Source: Acidimicrobiia bacterium
GTDB taxonomy: Bacteria; Actinomycetota; Acidimicrobiia; Spongiisociales; Spongiisociaceae
Direction of reading: 5' to 3'
NCBI GenBank assembly: GCA_009841075.1
Contig: VXMP01000080.1
Location: forward strand, 15,734 to 79,733
Length of the DNA stretch: 64,000 bases
Part shown: positions 33,208-42,183 of the stretch, piece after piece
Numbering within the stretch: the first letter of the stretch is position 1
Layout: the number at the start of each line of letters is the position of its first letter
Notes under the pieces: generated by a model
Seen by the model: only the letters and a program-made list of their open reading frames with translations
Databases searched by the model: none
Told to the model about the DNA's origin: nothing
Program-made: the position numbers and the translations under genes

Positions 33208-33258
33208 TGAACCTAAGGTTCAGGGGGAGCGTAATCTCACTACGAACCTTAAGGTTCG
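33208..33258. promoter_or_regulatory. two GAACC-N-GGTTC palindromes in the der leader
   Basis: TGAACCTAAGGTTCA lies at 33208-33222 and CGAACCTTAAGGTTCG at 33243-33258. A third copy, TGAACCTGAGGTTCG, lies at 57538-57552. Confidence 0.5.
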
Positions 33259-33278
33259 GGAAAGGGCCGGCCTGGGCT

Positions 33279-34598
33279 GTGGCTTCGAAACCTCTGGTAG
33301 CGGTGGTGGGGCGACCCAACGTGGGTAAGTCGACACTGGTCAACCGTTTTGTAGGTGGCCGGGCCGCGGTCGTGCAGGAAAGGCCGGGGGTAACCCGTGA
33401 CCGGCGGGAGTTCACCGCCCAATGGAACAACCGGGATTTCGTAGTAGTCGACACCGGCGGTTGGCAGCTGGGCAAGGACGCCTATCTGGTAGAAGACATC
33501 TGCGCACAGGCGGAGACGGCTATCGCGACTGCCGACCTGATCGTGTTCGTGGTTGACGTCACCGGCGATATCACCTCCGACGATGCTGCCATCGCCCGTC
33601 TGCTCCGGCCCGAGCAGGATAGGGTCATCGTGGCGGCGAACAAGGCCGACAACGACTCCTTGGGAAGGGAGATCGGGTCTTTCGCCGGGCTGGGTCTGGG
33701 TGAGGCGTTGCCGGTTTCGGCTATCCACGGCCACGGGGTAGCCGAGCTGCTGGATGAATTGGTGGGTAGGTTTCCTGAAGTGGTCGGACTACCTGGTCAA
33801 GACCATGACCAGCCGCCCGAGATAGCCATCATCGGTCGACCCAACGTGGGGAAGTCCACCTTGCTGAACCGGCTGGTAGGGGAGAACCGGGTAGTGGTCT
33901 CGCCGGTACCCGGCACCACCCGCGATCCGATCGACGTGGAAATCCGGTTAGGGGACGCCACCTATAGGCTTATCGACACCGCCGGGATGCGCCGCAAACC
34001 CAAAATTTCCGAAGACGTAGAGTTCTTCTCGGTTCTCCGGGCCCGTGAAGCCCTCCAGCGAGCCCAGGCCGGGCTTCTGCTGATCGACACCCTCGACGGG
34101 GTAACCCAACAGGATCAACGAATAGCAGAGCTGGCCGCCAGGTCGGGAGCTTCTTTGATACTGGTGTTGAACAAATGGGACGCAGCCGACCTCGAACAAA
34201 AAGAGTTCACTACCGGCTCGCTCGGGGCCAGGCTGGGTTTTGCCGCCTGGGCACCGGTCATCCGGATATCCGCCCTCACCGGTGCCCGCCTGCATCGGCT
34301 GGGTCCGGCCTTGGAAACGGTGCTCACCAACCGGGCTCGGCGGATTCCAACGGGCAAACTCAACCAGCTCATCAACACCTTCGCCGCTCAGCATCCGCCT
34401 CCGGTCCGCAAAGGTCGCCGCCCTAAAATCCGCTTCGTCGCCCAATCCCGATCGGCTCCTCCCACCTTCGTGCTATTCGTCGGCGGCGGAAAAATAGACC
34501 AAACATATCTGCGCTTTCTGGAAGGACGGCTTCGCCAGGAATACGACTTCATGGGAACCCCGGTCCGGATGGTGGTACGGCGCGGTTCGGGCAAATAA
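33279..34598 (+). CDS. der: ribosome-biogenesis GTPase Der (EngA)
   Basis: Has two tandem GTPase domains (GRPNVGKST twice; DTGG and DTAG) and a KH-like C-terminus. The GTG at 33279 gives the usual short N-terminus; the track start is at 33207. Confidence 0.9.
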   Translation: MASKPLVAVVGRPNVGKSTLVNRFVGGRAAVVQERPGVTRDRREFTAQWNNRDFVVVDTGGWQLGKDAYLVEDICAQAETAIATADLIVFVVDVTGDITSDDAAIARLLRPEQDRVIVAANKADNDSLGREIGSFAGLGLGEALPVSAIHGHGVAELLDELVGRFPEVVGLPGQDHDQPPEIAIIGRPNVGKSTLLNRLVGENRVVVSPVPGTTRDPIDVEIRLGDATYRLIDTAGMRRKPKISEDVEFFSVLRAREALQRAQAGLLLIDTLDGVTQQDQRIAELAARSGASLILVLNKWDAADLEQKEFTTGSLGARLGFAAWAPVIRISALTGARLHRLGPALETVLTNRARRIPTGKLNQLINTFAAQHPPPVRKGRRPKIRFVAQSRSAPPTFVLFVGGGKIDQTYLRFLEGRLRQEYDFMGTPVRMVVRRGSGK

Positions 34599-34608
34599 TC
34601 CGGTGGGT

Positions 34609-34755
34609 ATGACCGTGCCGAGCCCACCCGACGGAAGCAGCCCGCCTCCGGGTGCACCGCTCAGCTTCAAGGTGATGGTCGGGCTGGCGGTACTATATCT
34701 GGGCTGGCGGCTGGTACAGGGAGTGGTCGCCTTCTTCCAGTGGGTTTTCCGCTAG
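34609..34755 (+). CDS. hypothetical 48-aa small membrane peptide
   Basis: Hand-translated as MTVPSPPDGSSPPPGAPLSFKVMVGLAVLYLGWRLVQGVVAFFQWVFR. It has one TM segment and is below the track cutoff. Confidence 0.3.
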   Translation: MTVPSPPDGSSPPPGAPLSFKVMVGLAVLYLGWRLVQGVVAFFQWVFR

Positions 34756-34762
34756 GAGTACA

Positions 34763-34839
34763 TGGTCGGGCTGGCGGGATTTGAACCCACGACCTCTTGA
34801 CCCCCAGTCAAGCGCGCTACCAAGCTGCGCCACAGCCCG
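34763..34839 (-). tRNA. tRNA-Pro (anticodon GGG), CCA encoded
   Basis: The reverse complement CGGGCTGTGGCGCAGCTTGGTAGCGCGCTTGACTGGGGGTCAAGAGGTCGTGGGTTCAAATCCCGCCAGCCCGACCA folds as a cloverleaf. The anticodon loop is CTGGGGG. Confidence 0.9.
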
Positions 34840-34921
34840 TTGTTCAACCCCAACTTTAACACCAACCACACCGACCTATCCTTCCTTTGGATAAACCGGT
34901 GAACCAACCCATTCTGCTAGC

Positions 34922-35545
34922 TTGCCGGATACCCTCGTTAAAGGGAGCGATGGTTTGACCGACAGAAACCCCTTGGAGATAACCGAACCCGATGCCGGGC
35001 TTTGGACCTGGCCCAACCTGATCTCCCTGTTAAGAATCCTTGCTTTACCGGTCTTTCTTTGGATACTGCTCGAGGCCGATAATCCCTTCCTGGCTGCGGT
35101 TCTTCTCGGCCTCATCGCGGTAACCGACCTGTTTGACGGGATGCTGGCCCGTCGACTCGATCAGGTGTCGGAAATCGGCAAGATGTTGGACCCGGTGGCG
35201 GACCGACTGGTGGTACTCGCCGGGGTGATCGGGGGGATGCTGGCCGGTTTGGTTCCGATTTGGTTGGGAATCTCGCTGCTGGCCAGGGAAGCCATTATCG
35301 CTCCCACCACTATTTTTTATCTGATACGCCACCGCATCCGGGTACCGGTTCGCAAGATGGGTAAAACCGCTACCGCCCTGATCTTTTTTGCGGTGCCCTT
35401 CTTCTATCTGACCGGCACCGACTTTTTCCCGATCTTCTGGGAGGTGTTGGCCACCCTCCTTGGGGTGCTGGGTTTAACCCTCTACCTCATAGTTACCTGG
35501 CAATACCTGGTAGATCTCCGTCAAAAAACCCCTACCCTTAACTAA
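34922..35545 (+). CDS. CDP-alcohol phosphatidyltransferase (PgsA-like)
   Basis: Contains the motif DGMLARRLDQVSEIGKMLDPVADR (D-G-x2-A-R-x8-G-x3-D-x3-D) and multiple TM segments. TTG start. Confidence 0.85.
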   Translation: MPDTLVKGSDGLTDRNPLEITEPDAGLWTWPNLISLLRILALPVFLWILLEADNPFLAAVLLGLIAVTDLFDGMLARRLDQVSEIGKMLDPVADRLVVLAGVIGGMLAGLVPIWLGISLLAREAIIAPTTIFYLIRHRIRVPVRKMGKTATALIFFAVPFFYLTGTDFFPIFWEVLATLLGVLGLTLYLIVTWQYLVDLRQKTPTLN

Positions 35546-35569
35546 AACCTTTAACTACACTCCCCAAAT

Positions 35570-36019
35570 ATGTCTGATCCAGATCCTCGCCCACCCGAAG
35601 AAGAACGAGCCGACAACAAACCGCCCGACAACGGATTCTCAACCGACGACACCACCGAGATCCTGATCCCCTTCGACGATCAGGGTCGTCCTATCCCGAC
35701 GGCGGAAAGTCCCAAGGATAAGGGACCCCACTACCAGCTGATGGTCCGAACCGGTGCCCAAGCCGGGCGGTCCTGGTCTCTACCCAGGGGCCATTCCCGG
35801 GTGGGACGACTTCCCTACAACGACATAACGCTCGACCATATCACCGTTTCCCGCCGACATTGCCGGATCACGGTCACCACCGAAGGAGTCTCCCTCACCG
35901 ATCTGGGATCCACCAACGGCACCTACGTAAATGGTTCCCTGGCAGAGAGATCCCTCCTGATCGACGGTGACGAGTTGATGATCGGAACCTTCCGGTTGCT
36001 GCTGGTTCAGAGGCAATGA
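35570..36019 (+). CDS. FHA-domain protein (GarA/OdhI-like)
   Basis: Has a Thr-containing N-terminal tail (STDDTTEIL) and an FHA core (GRLPYNDITLDHITVSRRHCRI..LGSTNGTYVNG). The gene context (pgsA-like, FHA, MerR, DUF151, MerR) resembles the mycobacterial garA region. Confidence 0.75.
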   Translation: MSDPDPRPPEEERADNKPPDNGFSTDDTTEILIPFDDQGRPIPTAESPKDKGPHYQLMVRTGAQAGRSWSLPRGHSRVGRLPYNDITLDHITVSRRHCRITVTTEGVSLTDLGSTNGTYVNGSLAERSLLIDGDELMIGTFRLLLVQRQ

Positions 36020-36708
36020 CCGATCATCCGGTCTATACCATCGGCAAGGTAAGGGAGATCCTTAAAGAGGAGTTCGCAGAACTGAGTACCTCCAAAATTC
36101 GTTTTTTGGAATCCAATGGTCTGATCCACCCGGGTAGGTCATCCTCCGGCTATCGGCAATATCAACCTTCCGACATCGATCGCCTCCGCTACATCCTGAG
36201 AAGGCAGCGTGACTTTTTCCTGCCGCTCAAGGTGATCAAACGGGAATTGACCAAGATCGAACAAAACGAAACCGGCGGTTTGGTCGGATCCGACCCGGAC
36301 AACGGAGGGCTTCCTGACCTATCGGATGAGAAATTCGACCTCAAGGAGCTGGCCCGACGCTCCGGCCTATCCCTTTCCCAGGTCAGTCTGCTCGACCAAC
36401 ACGGGCTATTCCTATCGGATGGGTCGGACGGTGACCGGGAATACAGCACGATGGATGTGGTGATCGCCCGACAAAGCGGGGTTCTGCTGGAAGAGGGTCT
36501 GGAGCCCCGACATATTCGCCAGGTTCGACATGCGGCCTCCCGCCAGGCGGAGATGCTGAACCGACTCACCCTCGCTCTTCGCCTGAGCCGCAATCCGGCC
36601 GGCCGGCGTCAGGCCCGCGAAACTCTCAAGCGGGGGGCGGAGGCGATCCGATCTCTTCACCAATCCTTCCTTGATGCGGAGGTGAAGTCCCTCCTCGACC
36701 CGGATTGA
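36016..36708 (+). CDS. MerR-family transcriptional regulator
   Basis: Has an N-terminal MerR HTH (YTIGKVREILKEEFAELSTSKIRFLESNGLI). It has an ATGA overlap with the FHA gene. Confidence 0.85.
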   Translation: MTDHPVYTIGKVREILKEEFAELSTSKIRFLESNGLIHPGRSSSGYRQYQPSDIDRLRYILRRQRDFFLPLKVIKRELTKIEQNETGGLVGSDPDNGGLPDLSDEKFDLKELARRSGLSLSQVSLLDQHGLFLSDGSDGDREYSTMDVVIARQSGVLLEEGLEPRHIRQVRHAASRQAEMLNRLTLALRLSRNPAGRRQARETLKRGAEAIRSLHQSFLDAEVKSLLDPD

Positions 36709-36716
36709 CCCGCGCC

Positions 36717-37913
36717 ATGCGGACTATCCGTGCCGGGGTAATTCCGGCGGTGATAGTTCTGTCAGCCCTGTTGGGAGCGGCCCTTCCAGGAGATGCGCAG
36801 CTATGGAACGTGCCCAACCTGGTCGCTCCGGAACCGCCGGAAATCAGCGCCGAGGCTTGGATACTCTACGACGACACCTACGGGCAGGTACTGGCCGAAA
36901 ATCAGGCCGATCAGCGTAGATCGATAGCCTCTACCACCAAGATCCTCACCGCAATGGTGGTACTGGAAAACTCTCGGCCGGATGAACCGGTCACGATCAC
37001 GAACCAGGCCGCCTCGATAGGAGAATCGGAGATCGGGCTGGTGGGAGGAGAAAATCCCTGGAGGGTAGAAGAACTACTGGCGGCGCTGATGCTCAGGAGC
37101 GCCAACGACGCCGCTGTTGCACTGGCCCAGCATGTGGGAGGTTCGGTGAGCGGGTTCTCCGAGATGATGAACCGCAGAACCGCCGAACTCGGCCTGACCA
37201 ACTCCAACTTCACCAACCCGCACGGCTTGGACGAACCGGAGCACTACAGCACCGCCCGCGACCTCTTAACCATCTCCAGGGCGGCCATGGAGAACCCTTA
37301 TTTCACCCACATAATCAGCATTAGAAGCTTCAGCCTTCCCCCCACCCCCGACGGAACCCCTCGGCTTATAGTCAATCGCAACGACCTGCTTGCCACCTAT
37401 CCGGGTACTTTGGGGATTAAAACCGGCTACACCGGCCAAGCCCTTCAAACCCTTTCCGCCGTGGCCGAGCGCCAGGGGCGACGCATCTACGCCGTGGTGC
37501 TGGGCTCCAATCAACATTTCGAAGATGTGGCACGGCTATTCGACTACGCCTTTGCGAACTTCTCGCCGCTGACCTTGGTGCCGGTTACCTCCGACCGGAA
37601 GCGTCCGCTGGCAGGAGGCATTGCCATCACGCCGGGGACAGACTTTCAAGTTTTTATTGAACCTATACCTTCCGTTCAACCTGAAACTTCGCCCCCGGCT
37701 ACTACCGCCCACTTGAACGAGGAAACCGTTACCGAATCAACCGTATCTACGGTCGAGGTCGGCGAGATAGAAACGACCACCACGGTAACGGTGCCTGAAC
37801 CTGCCGCCGGTACACCAAGCTCTGTGCCCCGCCTCATCCGCAGCATAGAGTTACCCGGGATCGGTGATTCCCTATTCTGGCTAGGTAACTATTGGCGATG
37901 GTTTAACAGATGA
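36717..37913 (+). CDS. D-alanyl-D-alanine carboxypeptidase (PBP5/DacB-like serine peptidase)
   Basis: Has a signal peptide and the SxxK (ASTTK), SxN (SAN) and KTG (KTGYT) motifs. Confidence 0.9.
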   Translation: MRTIRAGVIPAVIVLSALLGAALPGDAQLWNVPNLVAPEPPEISAEAWILYDDTYGQVLAENQADQRRSIASTTKILTAMVVLENSRPDEPVTITNQAASIGESEIGLVGGENPWRVEELLAALMLRSANDAAVALAQHVGGSVSGFSEMMNRRTAELGLTNSNFTNPHGLDEPEHYSTARDLLTISRAAMENPYFTHIISIRSFSLPPTPDGTPRLIVNRNDLLATYPGTLGIKTGYTGQALQTLSAVAERQGRRIYAVVLGSNQHFEDVARLFDYAFANFSPLTLVPVTSDRKRPLAGGIAITPGTDFQVFIEPIPSVQPETSPPATTAHLNEETVTESTVSTVEVGEIETTTTVTVPEPAAGTPSSVPRLIRSIELPGIGDSLFWLGNYWRWFNR

Positions 37914-38467
37914 TCGCAACCGAGGTGATCACCCCGAAATCCCTGGCGGAGAGAAACATCGAGTTGGCCAAGCAAATAGCCGAGGACTACCGAGGTCTTC
38001 GTCCGGTACTGGTGTGCGTAATGTCGGGTTCGTTGCCGTTTTTGGCGGACCTGACCCGACAGATGAAGATCGAATGCGAAACCGACTTCATCAAGCTGAC
38101 CAAATATGGGGAGGGGAGCGAAGTCCGCCTGACCATGGACACCGCCACCAACCTGCACCGCCGTCATGTGCTGATCGTCAAAGGCATCGTGGACACCGGG
38201 TTTACCACCCGTCTGCTTCAGAGCATGCTGGGAGAACGAAACTGTGCCAGCCTGCGGACCGTAACCCTGCTCGACCGGGCCAATAGCCGGATACTGGACG
38301 TCCCGATCGAATACCGCGGCTTTGAGGTCGGAGAGGAGTTCCTGGTTGGATACGGTTTGGACTGGAACGGCACCCTCCGCAACCTGCCCTCCATATGGGC
38401 AATACTTGACATGGCCGGTTTCGCCTCCGACCCGCACGCCATCACAAATCCGATGGATAGTGATTAG
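37910..38467 (+). CDS. hpt: hypoxanthine phosphoribosyltransferase homologue with atypical PRPP motif
   Basis: It aligns along its length with HPRTs (DFIKLTKYG, VGYGLDW). However, the PRPP-loop reads VLIVKGIVDTGFT where HPRTs normally have VLIVEDIIDSG.T. Confidence 0.7.
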   Translation: MIATEVITPKSLAERNIELAKQIAEDYRGLRPVLVCVMSGSLPFLADLTRQMKIECETDFIKLTKYGEGSEVRLTMDTATNLHRRHVLIVKGIVDTGFTTRLLQSMLGERNCASLRTVTLLDRANSRILDVPIEYRGFEVGEEFLVGYGLDWNGTLRNLPSIWAILDMAGFASDPHAITNPMDSD

Positions 38468-38476
38468 GCTCGCGTT

Positions 38477-38968
38477 ATGGAAGAAACCGTTCCGATGGAT
38501 CTGGTCGGGGTACGGATCGAATACCCGACCAACCAACCCATCGTCTTGCTGCGCGAATCTCACGGTACCCGCTACCTGGCCATCTGGATCGGTGCCGCCG
38601 AAGCCACCGCCATCGCCTACGCGCTCGAAGGGGTGAACCCACATCGTCCGTTCACCCACGACCTGCTTCGTATCGCCACCGAACTCCTGGGCGGAGAAGT
38701 GACCCGGGTGACCGTTACCGAACTACGCGAAAGTGTCTACTACGCCGACCTGGTGATCACCCAGAACGAAAAAGCCATCCATGTCAGCTCCCGCCCTTCC
38801 GATGCCATAGCCTTGGCCGCCCGGACCGGAGCACCGGTTTTCGCCTCCATAGACGTCCTGGACGAGGCCGGGATTGAGATCAAAGACGACCAGGAAGAAG
38901 CGGAAGTGGAGGCCTTCCGTGAGTTCTTGGAGGACCTTTCCCCCGAAGACTTTCAGTCCGGTTCCTGA
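38477..38968 (+). CDS. bifunctional nuclease family protein (DUF151)
   Basis: Contains IVLLRESHGTRYLAIWIGAAEATAIA and RPFTHDLL, with an acidic C-terminus. Confidence 0.8.
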   Translation: MEETVPMDLVGVRIEYPTNQPIVLLRESHGTRYLAIWIGAAEATAIAYALEGVNPHRPFTHDLLRIATELLGGEVTRVTVTELRESVYYADLVITQNEKAIHVSSRPSDAIALAARTGAPVFASIDVLDEAGIEIKDDQEEAEVEAFREFLEDLSPEDFQSGS

Positions 38969-39168
38969 CCCCCCGCCTCCGGGTTCCCGCCGAAATCGCG
39001 GCGGATTCCGGACAAAAAAGCCTTGAAATCGGCCCCAAGCCGTCTAGGGTAGTTCTCGCAAGCAGATAATTACCCGACTGTAAGTACCGGCTCCAGAAGT
39101 TTCGGTATCGGGCGGGTAGGCGGTTTAGCAGCGAAACCCGAATCAACGATAGGAGTCAGGGCCTAGGC

Positions 39169-39702
39169 ATGGACCAGGAGAAACTTTCCGAAGAATCTCC
39201 CACCGAGGTAGACGGCTATCGAGCACCTCAGGTCTGCAAACTGGTCGGCATCACCTATCGCCAGCTCGACTACTGGGACCGTACCGGCCTGCTTAGGCCT
39301 TCCCTGAAAAAAGCCGAGGGGTCAGGAACCCAGCGCCTCTACACCTTCTCAGACGTAGTGCAGCTTCGGGTCATCAAGCGTCTGCTCGACACCGGACTTG
39401 ATCTCCGCAAGGTGCGCATGACGGTAGATTGGTTACGAGAAAACGTTCATATCGACCAGCCTCTGTGGGAGACCAGCCTGCTGAGCGACGGCTCCAACCT
39501 CTGGATCAGCCTGGACGACGAGGACACCCAGGAGTTTCTCATGGACGCCCTAAGTCGGGGTCAGGGGGTTTTCGCTATAACGGTGGGGAAGATCCAGCGC
39601 GATCTGGAAGGGGAGCTGCTGGAATTCGCCAAGAAGGCGGTGCAGGCCCCACTCCCTTTAGCTGAGGAACTGAGCCAGGAACCGTTCGAGGGGTTCCGGT
39701 GA
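39169..39702 (+). CDS. MerR-family transcriptional regulator
   Basis: Contains the MerR HTH YRAPQVCKLVGITYRQLDYWDRTGLLRPS. Confidence 0.85.
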   Translation: MDQEKLSEESPTEVDGYRAPQVCKLVGITYRQLDYWDRTGLLRPSLKKAEGSGTQRLYTFSDVVQLRVIKRLLDTGLDLRKVRMTVDWLRENVHIDQPLWETSLLSDGSNLWISLDDEDTQEFLMDALSRGQGVFAITVGKIQRDLEGELLEFAKKAVQAPLPLAEELSQEPFEGFR

Positions 39703-39799
39703 GAGGTCGGCAACCTAACCCACCTGTAAAACAATCCGCTACCAGGACGGCCATCCTCTGACCATTCTCGATCCAAGCCCGGTCGGTACCTCCCCGCCT

Positions 39800-40195
39800 G
39801 TGGTAGACTTTGCTCATCAAAGCGAGTCCGAGTTCTCCCGTCTGCTCGACTTCTACCAAATACGCTGGGAATACGAACCGGAATCGTTCCCCATCGAATG
39901 GGACGAGGAGGGTCGGGTGATCCAAAGCTTCACCCCTGATTTCTACCTTCCGGACGATGGCACATACATCGAGATCACCACCATGAAACAGAGCCTGGTC
40001 AACCGTAAAAACCGCAAGGTTCGTCTGTTCCGATACCACTATCCCGAGCTGTCTGTCAAGCTTCTATATCGGCGGGACTACTACCATCTGGTGCTCAAAT
40101 ACGGGCTGGACATCGGACCGCTACCCGACCCTGAACTTTTACCAAAACCTAAACCTGGATCCCCTAAGGTTCTAAAGCTCCCGACCCAGGGGTAG
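39800..40195 (+). CDS. hypothetical protein
   Basis: 131 aa with a GTG start. It has a weak restriction-endonuclease-like D..E..K pattern (PDFYLPDDGTYIEITTMK). No firm family assignment can be made by eye. Confidence 0.45.
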   Translation: MVDFAHQSESEFSRLLDFYQIRWEYEPESFPIEWDEEGRVIQSFTPDFYLPDDGTYIEITTMKQSLVNRKNRKVRLFRYHYPELSVKLLYRRDYYHLVLKYGLDIGPLPDPELLPKPKPGSPKVLKLPTQG

Positions 40196-40266
40196 TTAGG
40201 CGATCGTCCGGCGAATGTAAACTGGCCGGACACACCGAACTTCCGGTCACCATTGTTTCTCACCCA

Positions 40267-41094
40267 ATGATCAGCCCGCCCTACACCCACCTGGATATAG
40301 TCACCACCCGCCGTGGGGTGACCGAATTGCGCCGCCGCTGGGAAGCCGTCGACCCGTGGGCGTCCCTTTTGATCATCCACGGCCTCGGGGAGCACTCCGG
40401 TCGACATCATCTGGTCGGAGCACGGCTGGCTGCCGCCGGAATCGATACCCGGGCGTTTGACCTGGAAGGCTTCGGGGGGTCGGGTGGCAACCGCGCCGAC
40501 CAAACCGTCTGGTCGTTTTATCTTGACCAGATCATGGACAACCTGGCCTCCCTCTTCCATCAGAACCTTCCGGTAGTGGTTCTGGGCCACTCTATGGGCG
40601 GTCTGCTGGCCCTTGATTACGCGCTATCCCGTCATCGCCAACCCGACCTCTTAGTGCTTAACGCGCCGGCCACCGACGCCGTGGTTCCCGCCTGGAAACG
40701 AAAGTACGGGCCGATCCTGGCCCAGGTTTTGCCCACTCTTAGTCTGTCCAATCCGTTCGACCTATATCAGATTTTTAAAGATCCCGCCGTAGCCGCCGAC
40801 TACATCAAAGACCCCCTGAGTCAGTCCCGAACCACAGTCCGGCTCGGCACCCATATGCTCGGGGCGATGAAACGGGTCAACTCATCCCTCCATCGGTTCA
40901 CCACCCCTTGCCTCCTAACCCATGGGGAAGACGACACGCTCATTCCGCCGTATATGAGCCTCAAGCTGGGTCAACTACCCAACGTGGAACGCCGGGTTTA
41001 TCAGCGAATCCGCCATGCCTCCCTACAGGAAAGGGAGGGCGGTGTAATAGTGGAAGACATCGTGGCATGGATCCGGGATCGGGTCGGCCTCTAG
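40267..41094 (+). CDS. alpha/beta hydrolase (lysophospholipase/monoacylglycerol-lipase-like)
   Basis: Contains HGLGEHSGR, the nucleophile elbow GHSMGG, and C-terminal HGEDD and H residues. Confidence 0.85.
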   Translation: MISPPYTHLDIVTTRRGVTELRRRWEAVDPWASLLIIHGLGEHSGRHHLVGARLAAAGIDTRAFDLEGFGGSGGNRADQTVWSFYLDQIMDNLASLFHQNLPVVVLGHSMGGLLALDYALSRHRQPDLLVLNAPATDAVVPAWKRKYGPILAQVLPTLSLSNPFDLYQIFKDPAVAADYIKDPLSQSRTTVRLGTHMLGAMKRVNSSLHRFTTPCLLTHGEDDTLIPPYMSLKLGQLPNVERRVYQRIRHASLQEREGGVIVEDIVAWIRDRVGL

Positions 41095-41156
41095 AACCGG
41101 ACACCGGTAGTTCTTTTCTACCCGGACTGTTAGGACCGAGCCGGGTTAAGGGGATA

Positions 41157-42011
41157 ATGCTGGTGGCCACGGCCGGAGCCCTCTGGAGCACTTTGGGCCT
41201 GGGAGTGCGGATAATGGACTCCTCCACCCCCTGGCAGATACTCTTCTATCGGGCGGTACCGCAGCTCGTTTTCATCACCATCTGGGTGGCTATGCGCCGA
41301 GGCCACAACCTGGTCCGGTCTTTCACCGACATCGGCCTGAACGGGGTTCTGGCCGGAGCCTGCGTCTCTATGTCTTCGATAGCCTTCGTCAACGCCCTCA
41401 CCCTGATCACTGTGGCAGAGGCCATGTTCATATTCAGCATGGCACCAATTCTGGCGGGCCTGCTGGGATGGCTGGTGTTGCGAGAGCCGATCACCCGGAT
41501 CACCTGGGTGGCAATGGGCCTGGTAATGGTCGGGATCGGGATAATGAACGGCCCCGGACACGCCGAGGGCCTTTCGATCGGGACGTTTCTCGCCTTCATA
41601 GGGGCATCCGGTTTCGCCGGGTTTACCGTACTTCAGCGCCGCCGACCTAACATCGACATGTTGCCCGCCGTGGCCGTATCGGGCCTGATCACGATGGCAA
41701 CCATCGGATGGAAGACAGTCGGGGTACCCGTCCCCGACCTGACCGACCTGCTGGTCGCCCTATGGCTGGGTGGGGTAGCCCTGGCGGGAGGCCTGGCCCT
41801 CTACACGATAGGGGCACGCCAGGTACGATCCGCCGAATCGGTCGTAATTTCCATGACTGAAATCATCCTCGGCCCGGTCTGGGTGTGGTGGCTACTAGAC
41901 GAAACCGTAACCTTCGCCATACTGTCAGGCGGAGCCGTAGTAGCAAGCGGGGTAGTTATCCAAGCCCTCCTAAACAAACCCACCCCACCAGACCCCAGCC
42001 CGACACTCTAG
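41157..42011 (+). CDS. EamA/DMT-family transporter
   Basis: About 10 TM segments in two EamA-like halves. The ATG at 41157 follows an AAGGGG Shine-Dalgarno sequence. The track ORF from 40908 overlaps the hydrolase gene. Confidence 0.8.
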   Translation: MLVATAGALWSTLGLGVRIMDSSTPWQILFYRAVPQLVFITIWVAMRRGHNLVRSFTDIGLNGVLAGACVSMSSIAFVNALTLITVAEAMFIFSMAPILAGLLGWLVLREPITRITWVAMGLVMVGIGIMNGPGHAEGLSIGTFLAFIGASGFAGFTVLQRRRPNIDMLPAVAVSGLITMATIGWKTVGVPVPDLTDLLVALWLGGVALAGGLALYTIGARQVRSAESVVISMTEIILGPVWVWWLLDETVTFAILSGGAVVASGVVIQALLNKPTPPDPSPTL

Positions 42012-42183
42012 CTGTACTAACTGGAGTGGTCAGCTACGAACCTACATTCCCGCCCCAGGATGGGGTTCCTTTCAATAGGCAATAGGTGGGAGGCCTATGC
42101 CAGAGGAACTGTAATACTGCATTAATCAATCTGGATTGCCATTACCATTATGCATACCGTAGCTAACATGATATAATAAGTTT

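Noticed and set aside
33208-33258. GAAC..GTTC palindromes as LexA SOS boxes
   Set aside because: The actinobacterial SOS box is GAAC-N4-GTTC, whereas these have 5-6 nt between GAAC and GTTC. No DNA-repair gene lies downstream.
40908-41156. N-terminal extension of the EamA transporter ORF
   Set aside because: It overlaps the 3' end of the alpha/beta hydrolase gene in another frame. The transporter's hydrophobic sequence begins at the ATG at 41157, behind a good Shine-Dalgarno sequence.
42100-42183. Possible attachment site or terminal repeat of a mobile element at the left island edge
   Set aside because: This is only an AT-rich promoter-like spacer with short imperfect inverted repeats. I could find no matching repeat at the right edge (53620-53663).
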